A program made the translations under genes and the position numbers. Shown here one piece after another: positions 14,087 through 24,017 of a stretch of 36,809 nucleotides of DNA. The notes under the pieces are model-generated. The model saw nothing but the letters and a program-made list of their open reading frames with translations, did not search any database and had not been told where the DNA came from. The stretch is from a virus. The DNA lies in the IMG/VR virus record IMGVR_UViG_3300045988_038600, positions 1 to 36,809 of that record; one strand, written 5' to 3'. The first letter of the stretch is position 1; each line of letters starts with the position of its first letter.

Positions 14087-14474
14087 AGGGATATTAGATC
14101 AGGTTGGAACATGGGGGGCGCAACATGCGCTTCCCGTATTCTTTGGAGATGAGGCCACACGTAATCGACTGGCAAACGATATAACGGGTGATTTTATCTT
14201 TGTTGATGTGCCCGGAGGGAGGCAGGACTATAATGACTACGCCGCCGAGACGTTCGCGATCACGGTGCTTATACAGGTACTGGGGACTTCACACTACGAA
14301 AGTGACAGCTCTTCCGAGATCGATGTACTGGATCGGACGTTTACAGTAATAACCGACATAGCGAAGAAGGCGGTTTGCCTCTACGAATCCGAGGGCGCGG
14401 CGGTAACCAAGCGCCAAAACATTTACGACAGTCCTAAATCGGGCTGGGAGATAACTCTTAATCTATCTGAATAA
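14076..14474 (+). CDS. Hypothetical virion protein, 132 aa
   Basis: ORF track. Overlaps or couples with its neighbours. Confidence 0.65.
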   Translation: MTFKGILDQVGTWGAQHALPVFFGDEATRNRLANDITGDFIFVDVPGGRQDYNDYAAETFAITVLIQVLGTSHYESDSSSEIDVLDRTFTVITDIAKKAVCLYESEGAAVTKRQNIYDSPKSGWEITLNLSE

Positions 14475-14920
14475 TGGCACGTAACGCGATGTTGGAAATA
14501 GAGGTCCTGTTAACCAAGCTACGGGACGACATAGAAGCGTCTTACAAGGCTAAAGGGCTGATGGCATCCGGTAACTTTGCCAAAGAGCTTAAGTTGGTTG
14601 TAGGCGGCAACAATGCTAAGATAACCGCACCGCGCTATGTGGGTGCGATGGAAGGCGGAAGGATCGCAGGTAAACGCCCCCCGCTTTGGATCATACGTAA
14701 ATGGATCGAGGACAAGAACAGGCAAGGCGCGAACATACCGTTAACCGCGGCTTATCCGATCGCGAAAGCTATCGGAGAGTTCGGGATCAAAGTACCCAAC
14801 AGCCACAACCCCGGCGGCGTAGTATCGGACGTTCTCAACCCTGCAAGGGTATTGAAGTTACAAAACGAGATAGTAACTATAATTAAATATGCTATTATTG
14901 ACACTTTAAATATTAAATAA
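14474..14920 (+). CDS. Hypothetical virion protein, 148 aa
   Basis: ORF track. TAATG coupling at both ends. Confidence 0.65.
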   Translation: MARNAMLEIEVLLTKLRDDIEASYKAKGLMASGNFAKELKLVVGGNNAKITAPRYVGAMEGGRIAGKRPPLWIIRKWIEDKNRQGANIPLTAAYPIAKAIGEFGIKVPNSHNPGGVVSDVLNPARVLKLQNEIVTIIKYAIIDTLNIK

Positions 14921-17142
14921 TGAATATATACATACCGATAGCAGATGTGACACTAACCGACGGCCAGACCTATGACGGGCAGTTACCCGTGTGGGCTACA
15001 CGCCCGCTAATGGTGAAGGTGACAACGGGCACGAACGAGCCTGTTAATATTACTGTGAGGAACAGCGGATTGGCGGTTAAAACCATAACTTTGCCATATC
15101 AGCAGTACGGGATGGACGTTGACCTATCCTTCGCTGCCCCTTTGCTTAAGCGCGCCGACCGTAACAAGTCGCAGGGTACGCCGTGGTTTATGCAACAGGA
15201 GCTATTGTTCTGGGTATCCGACCCGACGGACTATATAACTATTCCGGTATTCCATTGCGATCTCACATACTGGGACACGCTAGGAGTAGATGCGGCTCTT
15301 CCCCAACCGCCGAAACCGCGTATACCGGGGCATACACTAGACATATTCTTCCCCTATGTTATACACCCGTCTGACGCGTTTTTCCTTGAGGTTGAACCCG
15401 TGACAGGCGCGCCCGGTAATGTTATATTTCCCGCTACCTATGTACTGGGAAACACTATTGATATCACGTATATCAAAAAGTTGACAATTAAAAACGTGTG
15501 GGGTAACGGGCTGGATCAAGTGATTAACTATGAAGATCGCCTAATGTCTGACGCTGTCTATGATACCGGGCTTCAATGCGCTTTGCGCGCCAGATGGAAC
15601 ATGCGCAACGGGCAATGGTTTTGGGCTGCATTTAAAGATTACTTTTGGTCTAACAAGTTCACACCGATCCGAGGACGTGGAGGCGTAACGGAACAAGCGG
15701 AGATCACTATAAACCTAGAGTACGGCGAAGAGTATTATAACGTGTACCAAGAGTTGTTGGTATCTTCAAACGTAGTGTTCGAGTTGAACCTTCCGGGCAT
15801 AAACCAATATCAATCGAAACGCTTTAGGGCGGAAGTTTCAGGCGACACCGGCGCGCGCTGGTCTAACAGTACCAAGACGTACAGGCAGCAAGTAAGGTTC
15901 AAGACCACGAAACTACAAGACAACTACATGTTCCCGTTAGCACCGGATCAACCGCCTGCACCGTCGATCGTGTTTACAGCACAGAAAAACCCGTGGACGA
16001 TCGTCGCGGCCTACGCGGAAGGACTGGTTAACAGCATATACAGTAACACGACATGGCAAGTACAGAGCGAACCGAGCTGGCTTACTGTGACTAACGGCAC
16101 GACGCTATTAACGCCCGGCATGTTCGAGCAGGGCAGCATATTGTTTAGCGCGGGCCTGACCTGGGAACAAGCAAAAGTGGGAAGCTCGTATAACATAAGA
16201 CTAAAAAAACCCTTCACGGAAATAGATAACAATGCGTACCGTATTATAGCAAATGATCCAGCGTACGAATGTGTATTTGACTATTTAGATGAATACGGGA
16301 AGCTTGTTACAAATTCCGGATGGCGTTCCATGGGGGCTATAATAAACACAGGTAGGAGTCCACAAGTGGCTTTACGTATCAAAAAATCGGACGGTACCGC
16401 GATCACGCCCGCAGACATCACATCGATAAACGCCTATTGGGGGAAACGTTATCACCAATTCCCGGCGGGTACGTCTAATCTCACCGCAACGGTAGCCGCC
16501 AACACTGGTGAACCGAGAACGGGTAACATAGTCCTAGAGAATATAGTGGGGTCTACTACCTATACAATACCAATCAGGCAGGCGGGCGCAACGGGCAATA
16601 TATCGGTAGACACACCGACGTTTAACATAGGCTATCTAACACACCCGGTAACTGTGAACGTTACATCATTTGGTAACTGGTCTGTATCGGCCCGCGATAC
16701 GTGGATCACACCAAATAGGTATGTAGGACCAAACGGAACAACCGCCGTAACGTTAACGATCGGGGATAACTTGCCGGCAGGCGCGTCCGCTAGAACCGGA
16801 ATAATAACGTTCTATAACGACTTAACCGGGAATATAGCAGTAGTTACGGTTAATCAGGGAGGCGCGCCAACTTCGATCAAAATATTACCGTCGCGTGTGT
16901 CAGGCCCTAAAGCCGGAGGAAACCAAATCGTGCTCGCGGCGGCAGCATCCGAAAATAGCTGGACTATGGGTAGCGCGCCTAGCTGGGTATCCATTACACC
17001 TACGTCGGGAGGGTCCGGGCAAACCGCCATAGCTGTTAAATACGATACGGCGAATCCCGGAGCAGCGCGGACAGGGCAATTGAGAATCGAGAATATGACT
17101 ACGCACGAGATTGCGATTTGTTTAATCACACAGGAGGGATAA
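14920..17142 (+). CDS. Tail protein, 740 aa, with C-terminal BACON-like repeats
   Basis: Repeated pattern W..(S/T)....W(L/I/V)(T/S)..P..G.G......(V/L)....N....R.G.I.....: SEPSWLTVTNG, ARDTWITPNRYVGPNGTTAVTLTIGDN..ARTGIITF, and SAPSWVSITPTSGGSGQTAIAVKYDTANPGAARTGQLRIEN. Confidence 0.65.
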   Translation: MNIYIPIADVTLTDGQTYDGQLPVWATRPLMVKVTTGTNEPVNITVRNSGLAVKTITLPYQQYGMDVDLSFAAPLLKRADRNKSQGTPWFMQQELLFWVSDPTDYITIPVFHCDLTYWDTLGVDAALPQPPKPRIPGHTLDIFFPYVIHPSDAFFLEVEPVTGAPGNVIFPATYVLGNTIDITYIKKLTIKNVWGNGLDQVINYEDRLMSDAVYDTGLQCALRARWNMRNGQWFWAAFKDYFWSNKFTPIRGRGGVTEQAEITINLEYGEEYYNVYQELLVSSNVVFELNLPGINQYQSKRFRAEVSGDTGARWSNSTKTYRQQVRFKTTKLQDNYMFPLAPDQPPAPSIVFTAQKNPWTIVAAYAEGLVNSIYSNTTWQVQSEPSWLTVTNGTTLLTPGMFEQGSILFSAGLTWEQAKVGSSYNIRLKKPFTEIDNNAYRIIANDPAYECVFDYLDEYGKLVTNSGWRSMGAIINTGRSPQVALRIKKSDGTAITPADITSINAYWGKRYHQFPAGTSNLTATVAANTGEPRTGNIVLENIVGSTTYTIPIRQAGATGNISVDTPTFNIGYLTHPVTVNVTSFGNWSVSARDTWITPNRYVGPNGTTAVTLTIGDNLPAGASARTGIITFYNDLTGNIAVVTVNQGGAPTSIKILPSRVSGPKAGGNQIVLAAAASENSWTMGSAPSWVSITPTSGGSGQTAIAVKYDTANPGAARTGQLRIENMTTHEIAICLITQEG

Positions 17143-17143
17143 G

Positions 17144-18877
17144 ATGAAAATAGTATCATTAAGAGTTAACGGTTACGACATAGACGGTTTAGATAACGCA
17201 ACGGTCAAGATCACATTAAACAACATTTCCCCGGTTACTATGACCGGGGACAGTGTAGCGTTCAGTGCTACGGTAAAAGTGCCGAGAACGCCCAACAATG
17301 ACCGGACGTTCATAGGGCTAAACAAAGGTTTGCTTAACTGTGAGTATTACGTAGCCGAGGTGCTGATAGCGTCTATACCGTTCAAGTATTACGCTTATGT
17401 GTCTGACGAGCCTACGCCGTTCTACGCCAAGGTATCAGCGTCTCAAACGGAGTACACGATCAACCTTATTGAGAGTACGGACAAGTGGGCCGACGTTAGT
17501 TTACCTATATCCGCGCCGCCCGTTTACGGTACGGTGCAGGATGGAGCGCTACCCATCAGCGCGGCAGACCTTTCCGAGCTAGTAAGACGCTACGTCACGT
17601 TCCCGCAAATCACGTTCCCGGCGATCAACCCGGAATACAGCACAGGTATGGCCGTGCCGGACGCGTTATCGCAGCAGGCCTCTATCATTGTGAAACGGCG
17701 CGATCTTACATGGCAGGGAGACGTAGCGACGGGATCGACAAAGTTAGTGCCGCAGAACTACACGAAGGGGCGCGGAGGGTACGTATATCCCAAAAAAGCT
17801 ACAATCGTAATGGATAACACTAGTATATATGTGAACGCCTCTTATTTTGGGAACGGCACGGGGGGCATAACTCCTGGCTTCCTACTATCGGCAGGGCAAG
17901 GCCGACAGATTGTAATGATCATAGAGTATGTTGGCGCGTCTATTCCGACCAGCAAACCGCCGATACAGTTACGGGGGGTGGCATCGGGTTTGGGTAGATC
18001 ATTGGCATATTCGGGGCAAATATCGGACCGGATTTGGATTTACACGTCCGCTCTAAACGTTAATATGACTATGTACCCGAAAACGGATTCCTACATGAAA
18101 CTATCCGCAACTATCAGGGGAGTGACCCGGGACGACTATTTTAAGTTTCCCGACGGTTACTCGCCGGAAGAGGTTATAAATTGCGGGGACGGTAAAATAA
18201 TATATGATTTGGAAATTGCGCCCGCGTCTCAAACTGTTTACTCTCAACCCGCGGATTTCCCCTACAATGACGTGAAAAAGCTAGTTGATGATATGTGTAC
18301 GGCATGGCATTGGCGGAAGATTTACCGAAACGGTACGTTACGTGTAGAACCAATAGTAGATGCAGACCTTCGGGACGGTACGTCGGACGCGTGGTCGCAT
18401 ATACACGATTGGAGCGACAAATTACGTAGCGTCGAGACGGTAGATGTGCCGGACGAGTTCGCGGATCAATACGTGTGCAGTCTGGACGCTACGCAATTCA
18501 GTTACAGCAACGGCGCGGGCACCGTTACGCCTGTTAAGGACGCGTATAAGTCCGGCGTTAAGTTCACATACGATCGTATGATCTTTCCGAAACTGGGACT
18601 TACCAGTGTATTCACCACTCCATCACCGAGTTTGCCATTTATTTATGTAGGGAGCATTTATTATTCGTATATAAACCGACATTTCGGTATGTTCAGATCA
18701 CGGGTACAGGTGAAAATAAAGGCGCAATTAGAGTATGCAGACGTTGAAAACCTACGATTAGGGGATGCTTACTACTTTTCGCAGCTGAATAGCTGTTTCT
18801 ACATTAAATCTTTAGGCGAATATGACGTAGCAACCGGGAATTGTAAGCTATCTTTGTACAAAATGGATTTAAAGTAA
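17144..18877 (+). CDS. Hypothetical tail/baseplate-module protein, 577 aa
   Basis: ORF track. Lies between the BACON protein and the tape-measure-like gene. Confidence 0.6.
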   Translation: MKIVSLRVNGYDIDGLDNATVKITLNNISPVTMTGDSVAFSATVKVPRTPNNDRTFIGLNKGLLNCEYYVAEVLIASIPFKYYAYVSDEPTPFYAKVSASQTEYTINLIESTDKWADVSLPISAPPVYGTVQDGALPISAADLSELVRRYVTFPQITFPAINPEYSTGMAVPDALSQQASIIVKRRDLTWQGDVATGSTKLVPQNYTKGRGGYVYPKKATIVMDNTSIYVNASYFGNGTGGITPGFLLSAGQGRQIVMIIEYVGASIPTSKPPIQLRGVASGLGRSLAYSGQISDRIWIYTSALNVNMTMYPKTDSYMKLSATIRGVTRDDYFKFPDGYSPEEVINCGDGKIIYDLEIAPASQTVYSQPADFPYNDVKKLVDDMCTAWHWRKIYRNGTLRVEPIVDADLRDGTSDAWSHIHDWSDKLRSVETVDVPDEFADQYVCSLDATQFSYSNGAGTVTPVKDAYKSGVKFTYDRMIFPKLGLTSVFTTPSPSLPFIYVGSIYYSYINRHFGMFRSRVQVKIKAQLEYADVENLRLGDAYYFSQLNSCFYIKSLGEYDVATGNCKLSLYKMDLK

Positions 18878-18883
18878 ATTAAT

Positions 18884-21397
18884 ATGGCGGATCAAGTAAC
18901 ATTATTAGACCTTAATTTTGGCACGTCTGAAGCCGAGAAGGGGCTAGACGCGTTAATAGCTAAGAGTATGGCCCTTGCAAAGACTAAAAAGGATTTGCAA
19001 GCGGCGTACGCTTCCGAGAAGAAGGAGCTAGACGCGCTAAATCAGAACTACGCGGACGGACTTGTACAGCAAGACAAGTACGACGCAACTGTTAAGAAGC
19101 TGAATAAGTCTCTGATCGAGACGCAAAAGGCGATCCTAGACAACAAGGAAGCCAACAAACAGAATAATGCCGAGATCAAGAGTACGAAAACGCTCCTAGA
19201 CAATGAAGCCACGAGCGTCAACGCTTTGCGTGCACAGTTAGCGCAGAACACCTCGGAGCTGAACAAGATGAGCGAGGCGCAACGGACTACCAGCAAGGAG
19301 GGGCAGGACTTGACCGAGCAGACTAAAGCGTTATCGGACAAACTTAAGGAGCTGGAAAAGTCGGTAGGCGACAACCGCCGTAATGTCGGTAATTACGCCG
19401 AGAGCGTTAAAGACGGCATATTACAGACACAGGGACTAACCGGAGGCACTGGCGCGCTAGTGGGACAGATGAAAGGCGGCATAGCCGGGGTGCAGGCGTT
19501 CAACGCAGCATTAAAGGCGAACCCTATTATATTTGTCGTGTCTATTGTGTTAACACTTATCGGTACCATCGAGAAGCTGATGAAACGCAACAGTGAGTTA
19601 GCGACTAGCCTGCAAGCGGCGTTCGCCCCGTTTAAGGTGATTTTCGGGCGTTTGCTGGACTGGATAACCGGATTGTTTGAGGGCGTAGCGTTCTTGCTTG
19701 AAAACCTTGCTAAGGGCGTTACACGGCTTCTAGACAAATTAGGGCTTATCAGTGAAGAGACGAAGAGGGCAGCAGCGGAAGGCGCGAAGCTAGCAACCCA
19801 AACGCAGAAGATTTACCAAGCCGAAACGGCGGCACTCGTACCGATGGCACAGATGCGGCGCGAGATGGAAGAGTTTAAGACCCTTGCAGCGGACCAAAAC
19901 AAGTCAGCGGCGGAACGTACTAAACTGCTAGAACAAGCTAGGGAAAAGTTGCATGCTATCCGTGATATGGAGTTGTCCGTACTGGACGCGAAATATAAGC
20001 AAATCAAAGCCGAGAACCAATTAGGCTACACTAGTGACGAGGACGCCCGTAAAGAACAGGAAGCACTTGCGGCACTGGAGGCAGCTAGAGCAAGTTACGC
20101 TACACAAGAGAAAGAAATGGCGGGGCAGGTGTCCGGCTTTATCAAACAGGAGCGTGACAAGCAGGCACAAGCGGCACAAGCCGCGGCGGCGAGGTCAGCG
20201 AAGGCGGCGGAAGATGCGGCGAAGCGAGAAGCAGAAGCGCAGAAGAAAGCGCAGGACGCTATTAAGGCCGCGCAGGAAGCACAGCTCAAGAAATACTCGG
20301 AAGCAGTTACCGCAATGCAGCTGGACATAGCCCAACGGGAAATTGAAGGGGCTCAAATCTCATTGCAAGAACTGCAAGCGGTCAACGATCAGAAGATCGA
20401 GATAGAGACGTACAGACGCGCACAAGGTCTTATAGGTGAGCAAGAATACATTAACAACGTTCGCCAACTCGAGTTGGAATACGCCGCAGAAGTCAAGGCC
20501 CGGAAGGACGAGGAAGACCAGCAGGAGCGAGACCGTCAAGCGCTCAACATGGAGAACGACCGCGCGCTAGCTGACATGAAAATGGGCAACGATTTGGAAA
20601 GCCAGCTGGCTCGGCTGGACGCACAGAAGGCTGCCGAGATCGCTAACGCGGAAGCGATCGGAGCGGAAACAACCGCGATAACCGAACGTTTCGAAAAAAT
20701 GAAGGACGAGACAAAGAGGAAGTACTATAACGCGCAATTGGAGATGGCAGCGGGCACAGCCGGACAGCTCTCTAGCTTACTGGGAGAAGAGAGCGCAGCG
20801 GGCAAAGCGTTTGCCACGGCACAGGCTATTATCAACACGTACCTAGGTGCGTCTAAAGCAATCGCGCAGGGTGGTATATGGGGTATCGCACAGGCGGCTA
20901 TTGTAGTGGCGGCCGGTATGAAGAACGTTATGAGCATTAACAAGACCAAAGAGCCGGACACCAAGATCAACACAAGCGTTCGCAAATACGCGAAGGGCGG
21001 ACAAATATACGGAGCCAGTCATGCGGCCGGGGGCGTAACGTTCACCGGGTCAAATGGGCAGCAGTTCGAAGCCGAAGGCGGTGAGAACATGTATATTTTG
21101 AACCGTAAAGCGTCCGGCGCGATCAACGCGTTATCAGCTCTTAATATGGAGTACGGCGGGCGTTCGTTCGGTTCGTCTGGCGTGTACCGATACGCTAACG
21201 GTGGGAAGATCGACGTAGGTGGCGGTGCGAGCATGCAGTTACCTAGTAATTTCAGCTTGTCAAATGATAGTTTGCAAAAATTAGCGGCGATCATGTACGA
21301 TTCAGTGGCTAGCGTTCCCGCTCCACGTGTGGTGGTTACCGACATAGACGAGGGTCAACAACAATATAATAGTGTACAGGTAGCGGCTAGCCTATAA
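18884..21397 (+). CDS. Tape-measure-like protein, 837 aa (or internal/ejection protein)
   Basis: Long A/E/K/Q-rich coiled coils, two hydrophobic segments (PIIFVVSIVLTLIGTI and GIWGIAQAAIVVAAGM) and a Gly-rich C-terminus, which is typical TMP architecture. Confidence 0.65.
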   Translation: MADQVTLLDLNFGTSEAEKGLDALIAKSMALAKTKKDLQAAYASEKKELDALNQNYADGLVQQDKYDATVKKLNKSLIETQKAILDNKEANKQNNAEIKSTKTLLDNEATSVNALRAQLAQNTSELNKMSEAQRTTSKEGQDLTEQTKALSDKLKELEKSVGDNRRNVGNYAESVKDGILQTQGLTGGTGALVGQMKGGIAGVQAFNAALKANPIIFVVSIVLTLIGTIEKLMKRNSELATSLQAAFAPFKVIFGRLLDWITGLFEGVAFLLENLAKGVTRLLDKLGLISEETKRAAAEGAKLATQTQKIYQAETAALVPMAQMRREMEEFKTLAADQNKSAAERTKLLEQAREKLHAIRDMELSVLDAKYKQIKAENQLGYTSDEDARKEQEALAALEAARASYATQEKEMAGQVSGFIKQERDKQAQAAQAAAARSAKAAEDAAKREAEAQKKAQDAIKAAQEAQLKKYSEAVTAMQLDIAQREIEGAQISLQELQAVNDQKIEIETYRRAQGLIGEQEYINNVRQLELEYAAEVKARKDEEDQQERDRQALNMENDRALADMKMGNDLESQLARLDAQKAAEIANAEAIGAETTAITERFEKMKDETKRKYYNAQLEMAAGTAGQLSSLLGEESAAGKAFATAQAIINTYLGASKAIAQGGIWGIAQAAIVVAAGMKNVMSINKTKEPDTKINTSVRKYAKGGQIYGASHAAGGVTFTGSNGQQFEAEGGENMYILNRKASGAINALSALNMEYGGRSFGSSGVYRYANGGKIDVGGGASMQLPSNFSLSNDSLQKLAAIMYDSVASVPAPRVVVTDIDEGQQQYNSVQVAASL

Positions 21398-21464
21398 ATC
21401 ATAGGCAAAGCCGCGGCTTCGTGCCGTAAAATACTATATCTTTGTACCAATAATACAGTAATAT

Positions 21465-22484
21465 ATGAAAATATTTGAAAAGTTACGCATTATAGAAGCC
21501 GGGGAAACCGCAAACTACTATGAAGAAGGGGGAAAGGCTTATAAATTAGTCATCTCTGCTAGTGCTTTCCCGTCTCTAGTGGCCTTAGGTAATTCCCGGC
21601 CTATTCACGCACGCCGCACTCATAACGGCACGGACTTGCTAGACGGGTACATAGGACACTTCGCTAACTTCACACACGACGAAAACGCCGTTTACGCTGA
21701 TCTGGTTATGTCTGAAGCTTTGGAAAGCGCGTATCCTAGCGAATATAATTTTATGGTTGCTATGATCGAGAAAGAGCCGGAGCTATTGGGCGTATCGGTT
21801 AATCAGTCTGATGTTAAGCAGTTGGACGAAGAAGCGCAAACCGCAACCGTAACAGAAGTAAGAGAATTATTTAGTGCCGATTTGGTGGGACTTCCCGCGG
21901 CTACTAGTTCTTTATTTAATAACAATTTAAACAACTTATCAATGAGCAAATTTTGGACAAAATTAGCAGAGCTAGTTAAATCAACTAAGCTAGCTAGGGA
22001 AACCGTCACAACCAAAGAAGGAAAGGAGCTTGTTATTATCGCTCAAGGCGAACAAGCTGCATTGGGTGACGAAGTACAGGACGCCGAAGGCAAACCCGTA
22101 GAGGATGGCGATTATTACATTTCGATTGGCGAAGGCGAGGACATGATCATATCAGTCGTAGCCGGGAAGATTTCCGACGTGAAGGAAGTGGAAAGCGAAG
22201 CTAAGCCCGAGGAAGAAAAGCCGGAAGAGTTAGCAACCGAGGAAGAAAAGCCGGAAGAGGAAGAGAAGAAAACCCCTACACCGGAAGAACTTTCAGCGAT
22301 CCGCAAAGAAGTTACCGAGCTGAAGAAAACCGTAACTGAACTCAAAACACAGTTAAGCAAACGTACTGGTGCACCGGCAGCGGCTAAAACAGAGCTGAAG
22401 ACCGAAACTAAGACCGGAACAAAATTGAGCCGTGAAGAGGTTCAGAAGGCCGCGGCAGAAATGCGCAAAAAATTCAAATTCTAA
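21465..22484 (+). CDS. Putative prohead protease-scaffold fusion, 339 aa
   Basis: Lies directly upstream of the MCP gene. The N-terminal RRTHNGTDLLDGYIGHF..DENAVYADL...LLGVSVNQ resembles HK97-type S78 protease motifs. The C-terminus is an acidic EEKPEE repeat plus coiled coil, as in scaffolds. Confidence 0.5.
   Translation: MKIFEKLRIIEAGETANYYEEGGKAYKLVISASAFPSLVALGNSRPIHARRTHNGTDLLDGYIGHFANFTHDENAVYADLVMSEALESAYPSEYNFMVAMIEKEPELLGVSVNQSDVKQLDEEAQTATVTEVRELFSADLVGLPAATSSLFNNNLNNLSMSKFWTKLAELVKSTKLARETVTTKEGKELVIIAQGEQAALGDEVQDAEGKPVEDGDYYISIGEGEDMIISVVAGKISDVKEVESEAKPEEEKPEELATEEEKPEEEEKKTPTPEELSAIRKEVTELKKTVTELKTQLSKRTGAPAAAKTELKTETKTGTKLSREEVQKAAAEMRKKFKF
22207..22259 (+). repeat. 23-bp direct repeat CCGAGGAAGAAAAGCCGGAAGAG x2 with a 30-bp period (in frame, encoding EEEKPEE)
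   Basis: Read directly: 22207-22229 equals 22237-22259. Confidence 0.8.
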
Positions 22485-22504
22485 TCTACTAAAACATTAA
22501 AATT

Positions 22505-23461
22505 ATGGCATTTACATTTAGCGATTTAAACAAATTGAATATCGACAGCCTGGCCGATGTTATTTCTTTGACACTGGGTTTGGAGGGCGAACTTTCCAAC
22601 GGTGTAACCGTGTTAGCAGGCATTGAGAAGGGTAAACCTATCTTGACTTTCACCGCAACAGACAAGGCGGTAAGACGTTCCGCGGGTTGTGATAGTGAAT
22701 ACAAGTATAGTTCTCTTAACGATAAGGTTAAATATTACGATCATGCACAGATTGAGTTGCCTATCGTGGTTTGTCTGCAAGACTTGTGGGGCAAAATGGT
22801 TGCAAAAGGTGTTCACCTTTCAGCTGATTTCGACCAAACACAATTGGCGGCGTTCATGCAGAACGAAATTCTGAAAGTTCTTGAAGCTGATATGTTACGT
22901 CTCGTATGGTTGGATGGTCTGAAAACAACTGATACAGCGGGTGAGTACACAGTGTTTAAAAACGGTGGTATCATCAAGCAAATGCAGGCATCAACCGAGT
23001 CAATTAAGGCTCTTGTACCTTCTGGCGCAGACGCAAACGTTTTGGAATGCTTAAAGTGGTGTATCGACAACCAACGCCCGGATCAATTGGACGATTCAGA
23101 GTTCTACGTAACTAGCAACATTATGCGTGCTTACAAGGACTTAGTTGAAGCTAAAGATAATCATTTGGCACAGGCTAACATGGAGAATGGCAAACCCGCA
23201 TACTACTTCGAAGGTTACAAGGTGAACGAGTTGAGACACGTATCTAACAGTGCTAAGGGTGACGCTTTGACAGTTCAGTCTTTCATTGCTTTCTCACCGA
23301 AAACTAACATTCAGTTGGCGCTTGAAGACGCGAGTCTGACTATTGATCCGTTCATCCGCGATGCTAAGGATCGTAAGTATTACAGTACAACCGTATTTGC
23401 GGCTGATGCTATGCTTGCAGTTCCTCAATACTTGAAATTGTGCACCGCAGCAGGTGTTTAA
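22505..23461 (+). CDS. Major capsid protein (HK97-fold size class), 318 aa
   Basis: Position after the scaffold, size, and a visibly different T/A-ending codon style typical of highly expressed genes. No signature motif could be checked by eye. Confidence 0.65.
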   Translation: MAFTFSDLNKLNIDSLADVISLTLGLEGELSNGVTVLAGIEKGKPILTFTATDKAVRRSAGCDSEYKYSSLNDKVKYYDHAQIELPIVVCLQDLWGKMVAKGVHLSADFDQTQLAAFMQNEILKVLEADMLRLVWLDGLKTTDTAGEYTVFKNGGIIKQMQASTESIKALVPSGADANVLECLKWCIDNQRPDQLDDSEFYVTSNIMRAYKDLVEAKDNHLAQANMENGKPAYYFEGYKVNELRHVSNSAKGDALTVQSFIAFSPKTNIQLALEDASLTIDPFIRDAKDRKYYSTTVFAADAMLAVPQYLKLCTAAGV

Positions 23462-23480
23462 TAATTAAAACAAAGTTTAA

Positions 23481-24014
23481 ATGGCTTGTATAAAGACATT
23501 AAATAAAGCAATTACCTACGACTGCCAACCCGGTAGCGTAGGTATCGCTGAAATGTATCTGATTAACTTTGACGACGTAACAGGCGCAACCGTTGATGTT
23601 AACAATTACATCACGGCGGTAACACTAAAAAGCGGGGCAAAAACTGTCCCCGTAGAGTGTTACAAGAATGGCGCGAAGTTTACGGAGGCGCTGAAGTTAT
23701 CAGACGTTTCGGCAGGTTTGGATCAGTCTATCATGTTTACCTTATATGATAAGTCCGCAAATGGTCGGATGATTATTAGGGCACTAATGAATGGGCGTTT
23801 TATGGCAGCGGTTAAGCTGAACGATATTAATGCCGAGCCTTTATTGGTTGGTTACAAATGCGGGCTTGAAATTTCTCAAGCTGATACGGATTCTAGCGCA
23901 GCAGGCGGTTTTACTACGGTAACTATTAAAACGCCGGACGATGCTAGAGGAGAAAATAGAATAACAATGGCTTCGGCAGTGTGGGCAGCAATCGCAGCCG
24001 CAAAAATAGCTTAA
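23481..24014 (+). CDS. Structural paralog 1 of 3 (putative tail tube / major tail-like protein), 177 aa
   Basis: Shares M(A/G)C(I/L)..L......DC..G, (I/V)AEM.LINF.D, NG.F.A.VK and GGFTTVT(I/L) with 24018-24551. Confidence 0.6.
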   Translation: MACIKTLNKAITYDCQPGSVGIAEMYLINFDDVTGATVDVNNYITAVTLKSGAKTVPVECYKNGAKFTEALKLSDVSAGLDQSIMFTLYDKSANGRMIIRALMNGRFMAAVKLNDINAEPLLVGYKCGLEISQADTDSSAAGGFTTVTIKTPDDARGENRITMASAVWAAIAAAKIA

Positions 24015-24017
24015 AAT

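Noticed and set aside
11723-17142. Possible diversity-generating retroelement targeting the fibre/BACON proteins
   Set aside because: No reverse transcriptase ORF exists anywhere in the genome. No nucleotide-level template/variable repeat pair with A-specific mismatches was seen. The repeated modules are similar only at the protein level.
20034-20330. + strand alternative-frame ORF with an extremely Arg/Lys-rich product inside the tape-measure-like gene
   Set aside because: It is a frame-shifted reading of GCG/GAA/AAG-rich coiled-coil coding sequence, a typical artefact. The same applies to the other nested + strand ORFs (5712-5978, 14701-14886, 15183-15374, 17397-17582, 22689-22874, 31650-31838 and 35557-35829).
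21404-21425. GC-rich palindrome (AAGCCGCGGCTT core) after the tape-measure-like gene as a terminator, with a TAtcTTTG box at 21437-21444 as a head-gene promoter
   Set aside because: The stem is short and interrupted and has no following T-run. The -7-like box has only TTCG at a 15-nt spacing as a possible -33. I kept it as a weak possibility and did not annotate it.
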